Position numbers and translations under genes: made by a program. A stretch of 64,000 bases of DNA, from contig JASEFX010000001.1 of NCBI GenBank assembly GCA_030018265.1, positions 53,532 to 117,531 on the forward strand, read 5' to 3'. The first letter of the stretch is position 1; each line of letters starts with the position of its first letter. Below the pieces are notes generated by a model. The model did not search any database and had not been told where the DNA came from. It saw only the letters and a list, made by a program, of their open reading frames with translations. The DNA comes from Candidatus Saccharicenans sp. GTDB taxonomy: Bacteria > Acidobacteriota > Aminicenantia > Aminicenantales > Saccharicenantaceae. This document shows, piece after piece, positions 10,082 to 18,831 of the stretch.

Positions 10082-11338
10082 TTATTTCTTTCTCGGGTTC
10101 CACTGGCCCTTAGCCACGGCCGGCACAAAATTCTCCAGTCCCGGTGGAGGGAAGGGCAGCGTTTTGTCTTTCTCAATGCTCATGTAAGCAGTCATCAGCA
10201 GTTCGGTGACGTTCACACCGTCGCTGAAGTTTTCCATCGGACGGCGGCCCTCAAGGAACGATTCGACCATATGCCTGTTTTCGCTGGTGTAACCGTATTC
10301 ATGTTCCTCGCTGGCCACCACCGGCATCAGACCGACCTCGGCGTTCTGCTTTTCCACCAGGTCTTCGCCGGCTTTTCCTTTCACCCGGCGGCTGAAGAAA
10401 ACTTTCAGACCGGAGTCTAAAGTGTTAATCTGGAGCGAATATTCGGGGCCGAGAAGTTCCATCGTCAGACGCAGTCCGGCTCCGACGTAGCACCAGGAGG
10501 TGGTGGTCTCAACCACTAAAATATTTCCCTGTTTGTCGCGGTATTCGATAACCGAGCGGGCGAAATCTTCCGCCGGCCGGTTGGCGTAATCGAGGCGACC
10601 GCCGCTGATGCGCTTCAGGTGTTCGACGTATTCCGGAATCTGCCACTTCAGGCAGCTGGCGTAAGCGGTAACCTTCACCGGCGTCAGTTCATCCCGGCTG
10701 GCTCCGGGAGGCGTCAGCATGAACCGGGCTTCTTCCACTGAATGGCACATCATATCGTTAAGCACGCCGCCTCCCTGCAGTTCACCTTCCCAGAACCAGG
10801 GCATATGCGGTCCGCTGTGTTCCTCGGCTGCCCGGGCGAGGTAAGGACGGCCGCAAAGGCTGGCCCCGCGGGCCCAGATGATCTCTTTGCCGCGGACGAC
10901 TGCCGGAGCGAAAACCTGGTTTTCTAAGTAGCCATCGAGCAAGCCGGCTTTTTGCACCAGCTGGAGCATTTTCCTGGCTTCTTTCACGTTGCGGCCGAGT
11001 GGTTTCTCGCAGGTTACGCCGATGAGTTCGCCTTTTCCTTTGAGGACGGCTTCGGCAATCTCTTCCATGACTTCAATCCGGGTGTAATTCGGCGAGCAGA
11101 TCCAGATGGCGTCGATGTTCGGGTCGGCCACCATCTCGGTGATCGATTTGTAGGGCCTGGCTTCGCCCACCTTTAATTTGCGGGCGAGCGAAGCGGCTTC
11201 GCCAGCTCTTTTCTGGTCAGGGTCGTAAATGCCCAGGATGTCGGCGTTTCTAACTCCTACCCAGGACCTTATGTGGAATCTTGTTATAAAGCCTCCGCCA
11301 ATAAAACCCACACCGAGTGTTTTTTTGCGTTGCTTCAT
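10082..11338 (-). CDS. Gfo/Idh/MocA family NAD(P)-dependent oxidoreductase
   Basis: Rossmann GFIGGGFI, CEKP and GGGVLNDMMCH motifs. Confidence 0.9.
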   Translation of the reverse strand: MKQRKKTLGVGFIGGGFITRFHIRSWVGVRNADILGIYDPDQKRAGEAASLARKLKVGEARPYKSITEMVADPNIDAIWICSPNYTRIEVMEEIAEAVLKGKGELIGVTCEKPLGRNVKEARKMLQLVQKAGLLDGYLENQVFAPAVVRGKEIIWARGASLCGRPYLARAAEEHSGPHMPWFWEGELQGGGVLNDMMCHSVEEARFMLTPPGASRDELTPVKVTAYASCLKWQIPEYVEHLKRISGGRLDYANRPAEDFARSVIEYRDKQGNILVVETTTSWCYVGAGLRLTMELLGPEYSLQINTLDSGLKVFFSRRVKGKAGEDLVEKQNAEVGLMPVVASEEHEYGYTSENRHMVESFLEGRRPMENFSDGVNVTELLMTAYMSIEKDKTLPFPPPGLENFVPAVAKGQWNPRKK

Positions 11339-11387
11339 CTTTGCTCTCCTTTTGTTTTTTTATTTTTATGTAAATATTTTTGCCCGA

Positions 11388-12608
11388 TCAAACAGTCGCG
11401 GCTTCAGTCCGGGTGCCGGCTTTATTTTCCCGGAAGAAGGCCAGGAAAATAATAAGACACAGCAGGGTGAGCACCGTCGGCACTAAGAATGTTCCCCGCC
11501 AGTTAACCACACCATCTCTGGTAAAGAGGTCCTGAATCCAGCCGCAGAACAGACTGCCGACAAAGTTGCCAAACCCGAGGATTATGGTGGCGATCAAACT
11601 CTGAGCTGAATGACGGATGTCACGGGGAGCGATGTTGTCGACGTAGATGTAAGCGGCGGTGAAGAAGAAAACGTAACAGAAGCCATGCAGCGCCAGCGAA
11701 GCGATCACCAGCCAGGAAGGCTGGCCTATGACGAAAATGATGTAGCGAATCGGCCAGGCTAAAATTCCCAGAGTCAGGGTCATTCTCATGCCGAATTTTT
11801 TAAGAGCCCAGCTGAGCATAAAAGCCATGACAAAGATTTCGGCTATCTGAGCGATGGTCATGACAAAAGATACAGATTTCTGACTGACCCCGACATGCTG
11901 GGTAAGGAAAGGAGAAGTAAGAACATAGTAAAACTGAAGTTCGGTGGCCACGACGAATGAAATGATGGCAAAAACCAGAAAGTTTTTGTCCTTGAGCATC
12001 TTCAGGGCTTCCAGAAAAGCCCAGGGCTTGGCCGCTTCTTTCTGCGGTGGGGTGTGGGGAAGACTGAAGGAATAAAGGCCCATGATGATGGAAAAAATCC
12101 CCGCTAAAATCAGGGTATCGCCCTTCATGGCGATTCCCTCGGGCGACTTTACCAGCCAGCGCCAGCCAGCCAGAGCCCAGCCGGCGGCAATCCAGCCGAT
12201 CGTACCCCAGACCCGGATTGCACCGAATTCTTTCTCCGGGTCTTTCAGGTTGACGAAGGCAATCGAATTCGTCAGGGCCAGGGTAGGAGCATAAACCAGG
12301 CAATAAAACAGCATCAGCCAGACCATCAGACGAAAATCGGTGACTCCGGCTATCAGGATCAGCAGCGCTCCACCCACCAGCTGCAGCACGGCTATTACCT
12401 TTTCGCTCGGGAAATAACGGTCAGCTATCTGACCGCCGAGGAACGGAGAGATGATGGTGGCCAGAGGCAGGAGACTGAAGATAATGCCGAGTTCCTTGCC
12501 GCTGAACCCCAGATTATTCTGAAGGTAAGCAGACAGCACCGGGGCCCAGGACCCCCAGATGGCATATTGCAGGAACATCATCGCGCTTAATCTGAATTTA
12601 ACACTCAT
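11388..12608 (-). CDS. MFS transporter, nucleoside:H+ symporter (NupG-like)
   Basis: MMFLQYAIWGSW, GQIADRYF, IRVWGTIGWI and QIAEI motifs. Start moved to ATG 12608 after an AGGAG RBS. Confidence 0.88.
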   Translation of the reverse strand: MSVKFRLSAMMFLQYAIWGSWAPVLSAYLQNNLGFSGKELGIIFSLLPLATIISPFLGGQIADRYFPSEKVIAVLQLVGGALLILIAGVTDFRLMVWLMLFYCLVYAPTLALTNSIAFVNLKDPEKEFGAIRVWGTIGWIAAGWALAGWRWLVKSPEGIAMKGDTLILAGIFSIIMGLYSFSLPHTPPQKEAAKPWAFLEALKMLKDKNFLVFAIISFVVATELQFYYVLTSPFLTQHVGVSQKSVSFVMTIAQIAEIFVMAFMLSWALKKFGMRMTLTLGILAWPIRYIIFVIGQPSWLVIASLALHGFCYVFFFTAAYIYVDNIAPRDIRHSAQSLIATIILGFGNFVGSLFCGWIQDLFTRDGVVNWRGTFLVPTVLTLLCLIIFLAFFRENKAGTRTEAATV

Positions 12609-12771
12609 CCGCACGCTCCTTTCCTTTAAATTTTTCTTATAAAGCAGATTATTTTTTTCGCTTTTTTTTGTCAACTTTTACTTCAGCTGGCAGAAAAAAT
12701 TTTATTGCTATTTTCTGTTCACTGTGATAGAAAATAAAAAAAGGCAAAGGAGGTCTCTCATTTCCATCACC

Positions 12772-13122
12772 ATGGAAAAAAGAAGAGAAAAAAGGCTTGA
12801 TGAGGAAAACAAGGTGGTTCTTTACGTTCTGGGAGAGAGCGGCCAGCCCCAGGAAGAATCTTTTTATTCGTTTTCCCGGGATATTTCGGTGGGCGGTTTA
12901 AGAATCATGACCGATCAGCCGCTTCCGGTAAAAACCAGGGTCAGACTGGAGATCGCTCTGAGCGAGACGAAAAAATTGATCACCGGAATAGCCGAAGTTC
13001 GCTGGGTGAAAAGTCTTTTTGATGAGGAAGTGTTTGAGATGGGTCTGGAATTTATTGAGCTCGACCCGCAGAGTCGTGTCCATCTGCTCGAACATGTTTA
13101 CCGGAAAGTTCTCTCTCGCTGA
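12772..13122 (+). CDS. Stand-alone PilZ domain c-di-GMP-binding protein
   Basis: RREKR (RxxxR) and DISVGG (DxSxxG) motifs, plus VRW and MGLEF. Start taken at MEKRR. Confidence 0.85.
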   Translation: MEKRREKRLDEENKVVLYVLGESGQPQEESFYSFSRDISVGGLRIMTDQPLPVKTRVRLEIALSETKKLITGIAEVRWVKSLFDEEVFEMGLEFIELDPQSRVHLLEHVYRKVLSR

Positions 13123-13208
13123 ACCCCTGAAAAAATCAGGTATAACTGAAAGACTTTAAACTTCTTTTCTGATTTCCGGGTTTAAGCGCATAATATAAGT
13201 GAGAAAAA

Positions 13209-15056
13209 ATGAAAAAGAGACTCTCTATCAACTGGCTTTTCTGGCTGGTTTTCTTCCTGCTGGTAGCAAGGGGAGTATCTTTTCTGGCGGCTGAAAGCAA
13301 AAATTATTATTTCCCTGAACTCAAAGCTGAGATTCACATCTGCGGCGACGGTTCTTTTGAGGTGGACGAATACCTGACCTTTGAGTTCCGCGGACAATTT
13401 TCCCGGGCTTCTCTCTGGATTCCGCTGAGAGCCAGGAAGAATTTAGACCTTCAGGTCAGCATTTGGGATTTTCGTGTCCGGGACGAGAACGGGCTGGACC
13501 TTCCGGTGGAATCAACCGTAGAAGACGGCATGTTTAGGGCAAGATGGCGATTTTCAGCCAGAAACGAGCGAAGGACATTCAGGATAACTTACCGTGTGAG
13601 GAACGGGATAATAAATTACCCGGAAATAAGCGAGCTGTACTGGCAGGTTATAGGAAGCGAGGTGGAACGCCCGACAGCCAGGGCTGAGATTTTCGTCCAT
13701 CTGCCTGAACCGGTGAGCCGGAAAGAAGATCTTCTGGTTTACGGTCATGGACCGCTTTCCGGAAGGGTGGAAATTATTGACCTTAAAACAGTGAGGTTTG
13801 AAGCCAGCAATATTCCAGCCGGACAGTTTCTGGAAATAAGGGTGGTCTGGCCGGCCGGGATGGTGCAGGGAGTTCCGGCTTCAGGTTATACGCTGGAAAA
13901 AATAAAAGAAGAGGAAGGCGCCTTTGTGGAAGAAACCATCCGGAAGGTGAAGCAGGCTCAGGAGAGAGAAGCCCGACAGGCAGAGATCTTGAAAAAGGTC
14001 GGGCTGATCTGGGCTGGATGGCAGATTATCGGGCCGCTTCTCTGGCTTCTGGTTTATTTTCATTTCTGGAAAAGGTACGGACGGGATTACCGCTTTGACG
14101 ACATTCCGGAATATTTCCGGGAGATGCCTTCGGCACTGCCGCCGGCTCTGGTCCAGGTGCTGATTAGAGAGGGAGAAAAGCCGCTGCCGGTTGCCTTTAC
14201 CGCCACCATTTTTGACCTGGCCACCAGAGGCTACCTGGCGATAGGAGAAGAGCAGATAGTAAAAAAGACGCTGCCGGGCACGAAAGCAATAAAAAAGACG
14301 GTTTTTCAGCTTAAGAAAAATTATAAAACTGACCCGTCACTCAGAGAATGGGAAAAAAAGACGCTCGATTACCTTTTTGACCGGGCCGGCCGTGAAGTGA
14401 GCTCGGGACAGCGGATTACTCTGGACGACCTGGTGGATTATATAAAGAAGAATCCGGCGGATTACCAGAGCTGGTTCCGTAAATGGCAGGAAGAGGTGTT
14501 TAAGGAAGGGAAAAAACTCGGGTTTGTCGAACCGCGCAGCTGGCGGCTGAGCCGCATTTTTCTGGCGGTCAGTCTGGTCGTCTCTATCCTCACTCTGTCA
14601 CCGGTACTTCTGGTCTTGAGCCTTGTGCTCTGTCCAAAGCTCAAGAGACGGCGTAAAGACTGGGCAAGAGAAAACGAGCTGTGGAAGGCGCTGGAAAGAT
14701 TTTTAGATGATTTTTCAGAGTTTTCTGAAACTCCCCCTGAAGCTTACAGGCTCTGGGAGAAGTATCTGGTTTTTGCCATCCTTTTCGGAAAGGCAAAAAA
14801 GCTCATCCGGATGCTGCCCAGGGTACTCGAGAGTGATCAGGCTGAGCCGGCGGTCTGGGTTGCGGGAATTCACGGAGCGGCGGTTGCCGGACGTCAGGTC
14901 AATTCGATCTCCGCAGCCATTTCTTCGATTGAGAGAGCCGCTTCAGCTCTGAGCCAGGCCAGCGCCCGGGCTGCTGCCAATTCCTCGGGTGGGGGAGGAG
15001 GCTTCAGCGGGGGAGGGGGAGGCGGCGGTGGTGGCGGCGGCGTTTCTGCCGGTTGA
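13209..15056 (+). CDS. DUF2207 family membrane protein
   Basis: Signal peptide, ELYWQ, ATIFDLATRGYL and WEKYLVFA motifs, and a Gly-rich C-terminal tail. Confidence 0.85.
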   Translation: MKKRLSINWLFWLVFFLLVARGVSFLAAESKNYYFPELKAEIHICGDGSFEVDEYLTFEFRGQFSRASLWIPLRARKNLDLQVSIWDFRVRDENGLDLPVESTVEDGMFRARWRFSARNERRTFRITYRVRNGIINYPEISELYWQVIGSEVERPTARAEIFVHLPEPVSRKEDLLVYGHGPLSGRVEIIDLKTVRFEASNIPAGQFLEIRVVWPAGMVQGVPASGYTLEKIKEEEGAFVEETIRKVKQAQEREARQAEILKKVGLIWAGWQIIGPLLWLLVYFHFWKRYGRDYRFDDIPEYFREMPSALPPALVQVLIREGEKPLPVAFTATIFDLATRGYLAIGEEQIVKKTLPGTKAIKKTVFQLKKNYKTDPSLREWEKKTLDYLFDRAGREVSSGQRITLDDLVDYIKKNPADYQSWFRKWQEEVFKEGKKLGFVEPRSWRLSRIFLAVSLVVSILTLSPVLLVLSLVLCPKLKRRRKDWARENELWKALERFLDDFSEFSETPPEAYRLWEKYLVFAILFGKAKKLIRMLPRVLESDQAEPAVWVAGIHGAAVAGRQVNSISAAISSIERAASALSQASARAAANSSGGGGGFSGGGGGGGGGGGVSAG

Positions 15057-15181
15057 GACATTGTCTTTTATAATGATTATAATTTTAGAATGATTTTAAG
15101 ATAAAAATTAAGATTTTCTCTTTTTTTTCTAATGAGGTCGGTTTCGGATTCGCCAGGAAAAAATAAGGTGAGACACTGAAG

Positions 15182-15715
15182 ATGTATTGGTCGCTTTCGA
15201 GAGAGAATTGCAGGTTGATGAAATGCCTGATGGCTACTGTGCTGGTCGGAGTTTTAATCTGGGCAGGCTGCGGAAAAGTTGACGAGACCGAAGAGATAAA
15301 AGAAAGGTTAAGAACGATAGCCAGTCAGGCGGAGAAAAAAGAATCAGGAAAAATTCTCAGTTTTCTGACTCCTGATTATCGTGATTTTCAGGGGCGCGAC
15401 CTCGAGCAAACTGCTGGATTGCTCGATTATTATTTCAAAAATTATCACGGGATTGCCATCCATTTGCTTGACATTTATGTAGACATCGATGGCCAGCGGG
15501 CGGAAGCGGAAGCAGACGTCCTTCTTTCTTCCGGACCGCTGGAAAGCCTGAGGCGGCTGATGGGCATCGTCGGAAGCTATTACCGTTTTGATTTCCAGCT
15601 GGAAAAATCTGGCGGACGCTGGCTGATTAAGAGCGCGGCCTGGAGAGAAATAGATTCGAGTCAGCTGTTGCCTGGATCGACCGTAATTTTGAGAAAATTG
15701 TTTCCTGAAAAATAA
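15182..15715 (+). CDS. Putative lipoprotein with NTF2/SnoaL-like fold
   Basis: Lipobox WAGC, FLTPDYRD, and a C-terminal strand LEKSGGRWLI. The start may be at 15218. Confidence 0.6.
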   Translation: MYWSLSRENCRLMKCLMATVLVGVLIWAGCGKVDETEEIKERLRTIASQAEKKESGKILSFLTPDYRDFQGRDLEQTAGLLDYYFKNYHGIAIHLLDIYVDIDGQRAEAEADVLLSSGPLESLRRLMGIVGSYYRFDFQLEKSGGRWLIKSAAWREIDSSQLLPGSTVILRKLFPEK

Positions 15716-15745
15716 TGAAAAATAATTTAATTCATGGAGGATAAA

Positions 15746-16003
15746 ATGACAGAAAAAACCAGATTCGAAGAATTCAGAGTAACCGGGTCAGAAATACTGG
15801 AAAAAATTAAGGAAATCATAAGGGAAGGCAATGCCCGTAGAATCATATTCAAGACAGAAGACGGTAAGACTTTTATGGAAATTCCCCTGACTGTGGGCAT
15901 AGTGGGCACGCTGATCGCCCCGGTCTGGGCAGCCATAGGAGCGGTGGCGGCGCTGGCTTCCAACCTGACGATCGTGGTGGAAAAGGAAACAGGGGAAAAA
16001 TAA
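15746..16003 (+). CDS. DUF4342 family small protein
   Basis: IIREGNARRII, EIPLTVG and AAIGAVAAL motifs. GGAGG RBS. Confidence 0.8.
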   Translation: MTEKTRFEEFRVTGSEILEKIKEIIREGNARRIIFKTEDGKTFMEIPLTVGIVGTLIAPVWAAIGAVAALASNLTIVVEKETGEK

Positions 16004-16074
16004 GGTTTCTGATCGGTAAGAAGAATAATAAAGAGGAGAATTATACCTGCAATCATTTGAATGAGGATAAAAAA

Positions 16075-17139
16075 ATGAAAAGGAGAAATTTTTTTCTGAC
16101 CATGCTGGCCGGTGGTCTTCTTCCGGTGAAGTATTCTTCCGGCCTTCCCGGAATTGCATTAAAGAGCGCGAGCGCCAGCGATTCGGGACTTGAAGAAGTG
16201 TTAAACCGGGTTAAGATAGCGATGCTGACCATGCAGCGCCACGCCTGGGAGCAGGGTGTTGCCGCTCAGGCCCTTCTGGAACTCGGCGAGGAAAAACTGG
16301 TGATCATGATGGCCAGAGAAGCTGTTCTCAGACAGTGGGACGACGGAAGACTCGGGCAGGTCTGCGACAACCACGGGGTGACCGACCCGGGAGCCAACGG
16401 CGAAGCCGTTCTTTATGCCGGCCGGGTGCTTTCAGACAAACGGCTGCTGGAAGCGGCCAGAAAACAGACGGAATATTTTTTAAAAACAGCTCCCAGAACC
16501 CATGATGGAGTAATATTCCATCTGGATAATAAACAGCAACTCTGGATTGATTCGATGTACATGTGTCCCCCCTTTCTGGCGGTCATGGGCTACTACCGTG
16601 AAGCCATTTTTCAGGTTGAAGGGTTAAGGAAATATCTCTGGAATGAAAAGAAAAAACTCTTTTCTCATATCTATGACTACCAGGAAAAGAAATTTGAAAG
16701 ACAGGATTTCTGGGGTGTCGGCAACGGCTGGGCGGCGGCCGGGATGACCAGAGTCCTGCGGGCTCTGCCGGAAGAGATGAAAGAAGAAAAAGCAAAATTG
16801 AGGAAGTACATAAATGATCTCCTCGACGGCTGTCTCCGTTATCAACGCAAGGACGGTTTGTTCCATGACGTTCTCGACAATCCCCGGAGCTTTGTCGAAA
16901 CAAATCTTGCCCAGATGCTGGCCTACACCATCTACCGCAATGTACAGCTTGGATGGCTGGACTGGAAGTATCTGAGAAAGGCCGAGATGATGAGGGAGGC
17001 GGTCCATAAAAAAGTTGATTCTTACGGCTATGTTAACGATGTTTGCGGTTCACCTCTATTTCAATCGCCCGGGGTGGCTACAGAAGGTCAGGCTTTTTTC
17101 CTGCTGATGGAGGCGGCAAGAAGGGATCTGCTGGGTTAA
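16075..17139 (+). CDS. Glycoside hydrolase GH105/GH88 (unsaturated uronyl hydrolase) with Tat signal
   Basis: MKRRNFF twin-arginine motif, WEQG, LWIDSMYMCPPFL, FWGVGNGW and ETN. Confidence 0.85.
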   Translation: MKRRNFFLTMLAGGLLPVKYSSGLPGIALKSASASDSGLEEVLNRVKIAMLTMQRHAWEQGVAAQALLELGEEKLVIMMAREAVLRQWDDGRLGQVCDNHGVTDPGANGEAVLYAGRVLSDKRLLEAARKQTEYFLKTAPRTHDGVIFHLDNKQQLWIDSMYMCPPFLAVMGYYREAIFQVEGLRKYLWNEKKKLFSHIYDYQEKKFERQDFWGVGNGWAAAGMTRVLRALPEEMKEEKAKLRKYINDLLDGCLRYQRKDGLFHDVLDNPRSFVETNLAQMLAYTIYRNVQLGWLDWKYLRKAEMMREAVHKKVDSYGYVNDVCGSPLFQSPGVATEGQAFFLLMEAARRDLLG

Positions 17140-17147
17140 CAACCCGG

Positions 17148-17591
17148 CTAATCGTTTGATTCCGGCCGCATGTTTTTTATAAAAGTTTCAATTCTTTCCC
17201 GGATTTGATCTCTTAAATCTCTTACCCGGTCCATTTTTTCGGACTCCGGAAGGTCATCCCGGGTGGGATCGGACATCGGCCAGTTGGTCACTCTTGAGAC
17301 TCCCGGAAAAATCGGGCATCGTTCGGCACTGGCCGGGTGGCAAAGCGTGATGACAAAGGCAAATAATTCGCCTGAAAGGTAAAGGTCAAAAACCTTTGTC
17401 GGTTGATGGCTGGAAATATCCACACCGACTTCCACCATGGCCTTTACGGCCAGAGGATTGAGGGGTGCGGCTTCAAAGCCTGCGCTGCGGGCCAGGAATT
17501 CTCCTGCGCCCAGATGGTTCAACCAGGCTTCGGCCATAGGGCTCCTCAGGCTGTTGTCGTCACATATGAAGAGAACTTTGATTTTATCCAT
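17148..17591 (-). CDS. arsC: Arsenate reductase ArsC / LMW-PTP family
   Basis: VLFICDDNSLRSPMAE (CX5R), ITLC...ERCP resolving cysteines and W-x-x-x-DP. Confidence 0.75.
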   Translation of the reverse strand: MDKIKVLFICDDNSLRSPMAEAWLNHLGAGEFLARSAGFEAAPLNPLAVKAMVEVGVDISSHQPTKVFDLYLSGELFAFVITLCHPASAERCPIFPGVSRVTNWPMSDPTRDDLPESEKMDRVRDLRDQIRERIETFIKNMRPESND

Positions 17592-17706
17592 CTTCTTCCT
17601 TACTCATAGAATCTTGTTTTTTTGTCGAAAAAAATTTATTTCAGGCAGGTTAATTTTCTGTTATCATAAAATTAAAATCCAGAAAAAAGTTTGATGTAAG
17701 GAGGGC

Positions 17707-17931
17707 ATGATGAAAAAGAATATGGGTGCGGCCGACCGGACGATAAGAACGATTCTGGCCATCGTCATGGCCGTGCTGGTTTTTGCCGGCCTGGTTAAGG
17801 GGACGTTAGCTTACATCCTGGCGATTCTAGCAGTGGTTTTCATAGCAACCAGTCTGTTCGGCTTCTGTCCACTGTACGTTCCGCTGGGCATTTCCACAAT
17901 CTGCCGGAAGGAAACCGAAAGCCAGAAGTAA
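17707..17931 (+). CDS. DUF2892 (YgaP-like) small membrane protein
   Basis: MKKNMGAADRTIR and GFCPLY.PLGIST motifs. Confidence 0.88.
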   Translation: MMKKNMGAADRTIRTILAIVMAVLVFAGLVKGTLAYILAILAVVFIATSLFGFCPLYVPLGISTICRKETESQK

Positions 17932-18048
17932 AAAATCTTTCAGAAAGCAAAGATTCAGCCAGAAAATCTCTATCTTAATTCGAAATTAAAGCAGAATTTT
18001 TTTGTTGTTTGTATAAGCGTAAATGTATAAAATGTAAAAGTCGCGTTC

Positions 18049-18831
18049 ATGCTTGAAGCGGAAAAAATAAAAAATATAGAGTTCATAAGAAAAGATATCA
18101 TCGACCGCCTCCTGCAGCTTTCCAGCCCCGAGCTGGCAGAATCCATACAGAGATTCTTTCCCTATAAAATTTGCTGCTATGGAGTGAAAACTCCTGTTTT
18201 GAGACAGCTGGCGAAAGAAATTTACCTTAATCAGCTGAAATCCTGGAGTCTTCGCCAGATACTTGAATTAACCGAAGCGCTCCTGAAGTTGAGCGAACTG
18301 GAAAGCCGGCTGTGCGGCATTTTCCTGCTCTCGCAGTTCAGGTCTCAGCTAGGGAAAAGCCATCTGAACATTTTTAGAAGATGGCTGAAAAGCGGTTATC
18401 TCGACAACTGGGCGCTCATCGACACCTTTTCGCTTGAGGTGATACATCCGCTGGTTGAAAGAAACCCCGGAGCCATGAAAGAACTCGAACGCTGGTGCCG
18501 TGAGTCGAATTTCTTCCTGAGGAGAGCGGCCCTCGTCTCGGTTGTTAAAACCGCAGGAACAAAAAAATCAACACCCCGGATTTTCAGCATGGTAAAAAAA
18601 GCGCTCTCGCTGTCTCCTGCAGATGACCTGGTGGCGAAAGCTGCCGGCTGGTTGCTGCGGGAAGCCGGAAAAAACGATAGCACCCGACTGGAAAAATTCC
18701 TTTCTGAAAACGGACGGCGGCTGCCTGGCGTGACCGTCCGTTATGCGCTGGAAAAATTTCCCGAGGATAGAAAAAAATATTTCCTGGAAATAACCAAAAA
18801 TTTAAGGAGGCATCATGAAGAAAAGGATTAA
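18049..18831 (+). CDS. DNA alkylation repair protein (AlkD-like HEAT-repeat glycosylase)
   Basis: YGVKTP, DNWALID, KAAGWLLREAGK and RYALEKF motifs. Confidence 0.85.
   Translation: MLEAEKIKNIEFIRKDIIDRLLQLSSPELAESIQRFFPYKICCYGVKTPVLRQLAKEIYLNQLKSWSLRQILELTEALLKLSELESRLCGIFLLSQFRSQLGKSHLNIFRRWLKSGYLDNWALIDTFSLEVIHPLVERNPGAMKELERWCRESNFFLRRAALVSVVKTAGTKKSTPRIFSMVKKALSLSPADDLVAKAAGWLLREAGKNDSTRLEKFLSENGRRLPGVTVRYALEKFPEDRKKYFLEITKNLRRHHEEKD

Noticed and set aside
14985..15045. G-rich tract, possible quadruplex or repeat
   Set aside because: It is explained by the poly-Gly tail typical of DUF2207 proteins.
17673..17686. 14-mer TAAAATCCAGAAAA shared with 37672-37685
   Set aside because: AT-rich matches of this length are expected by chance in 64 kb.
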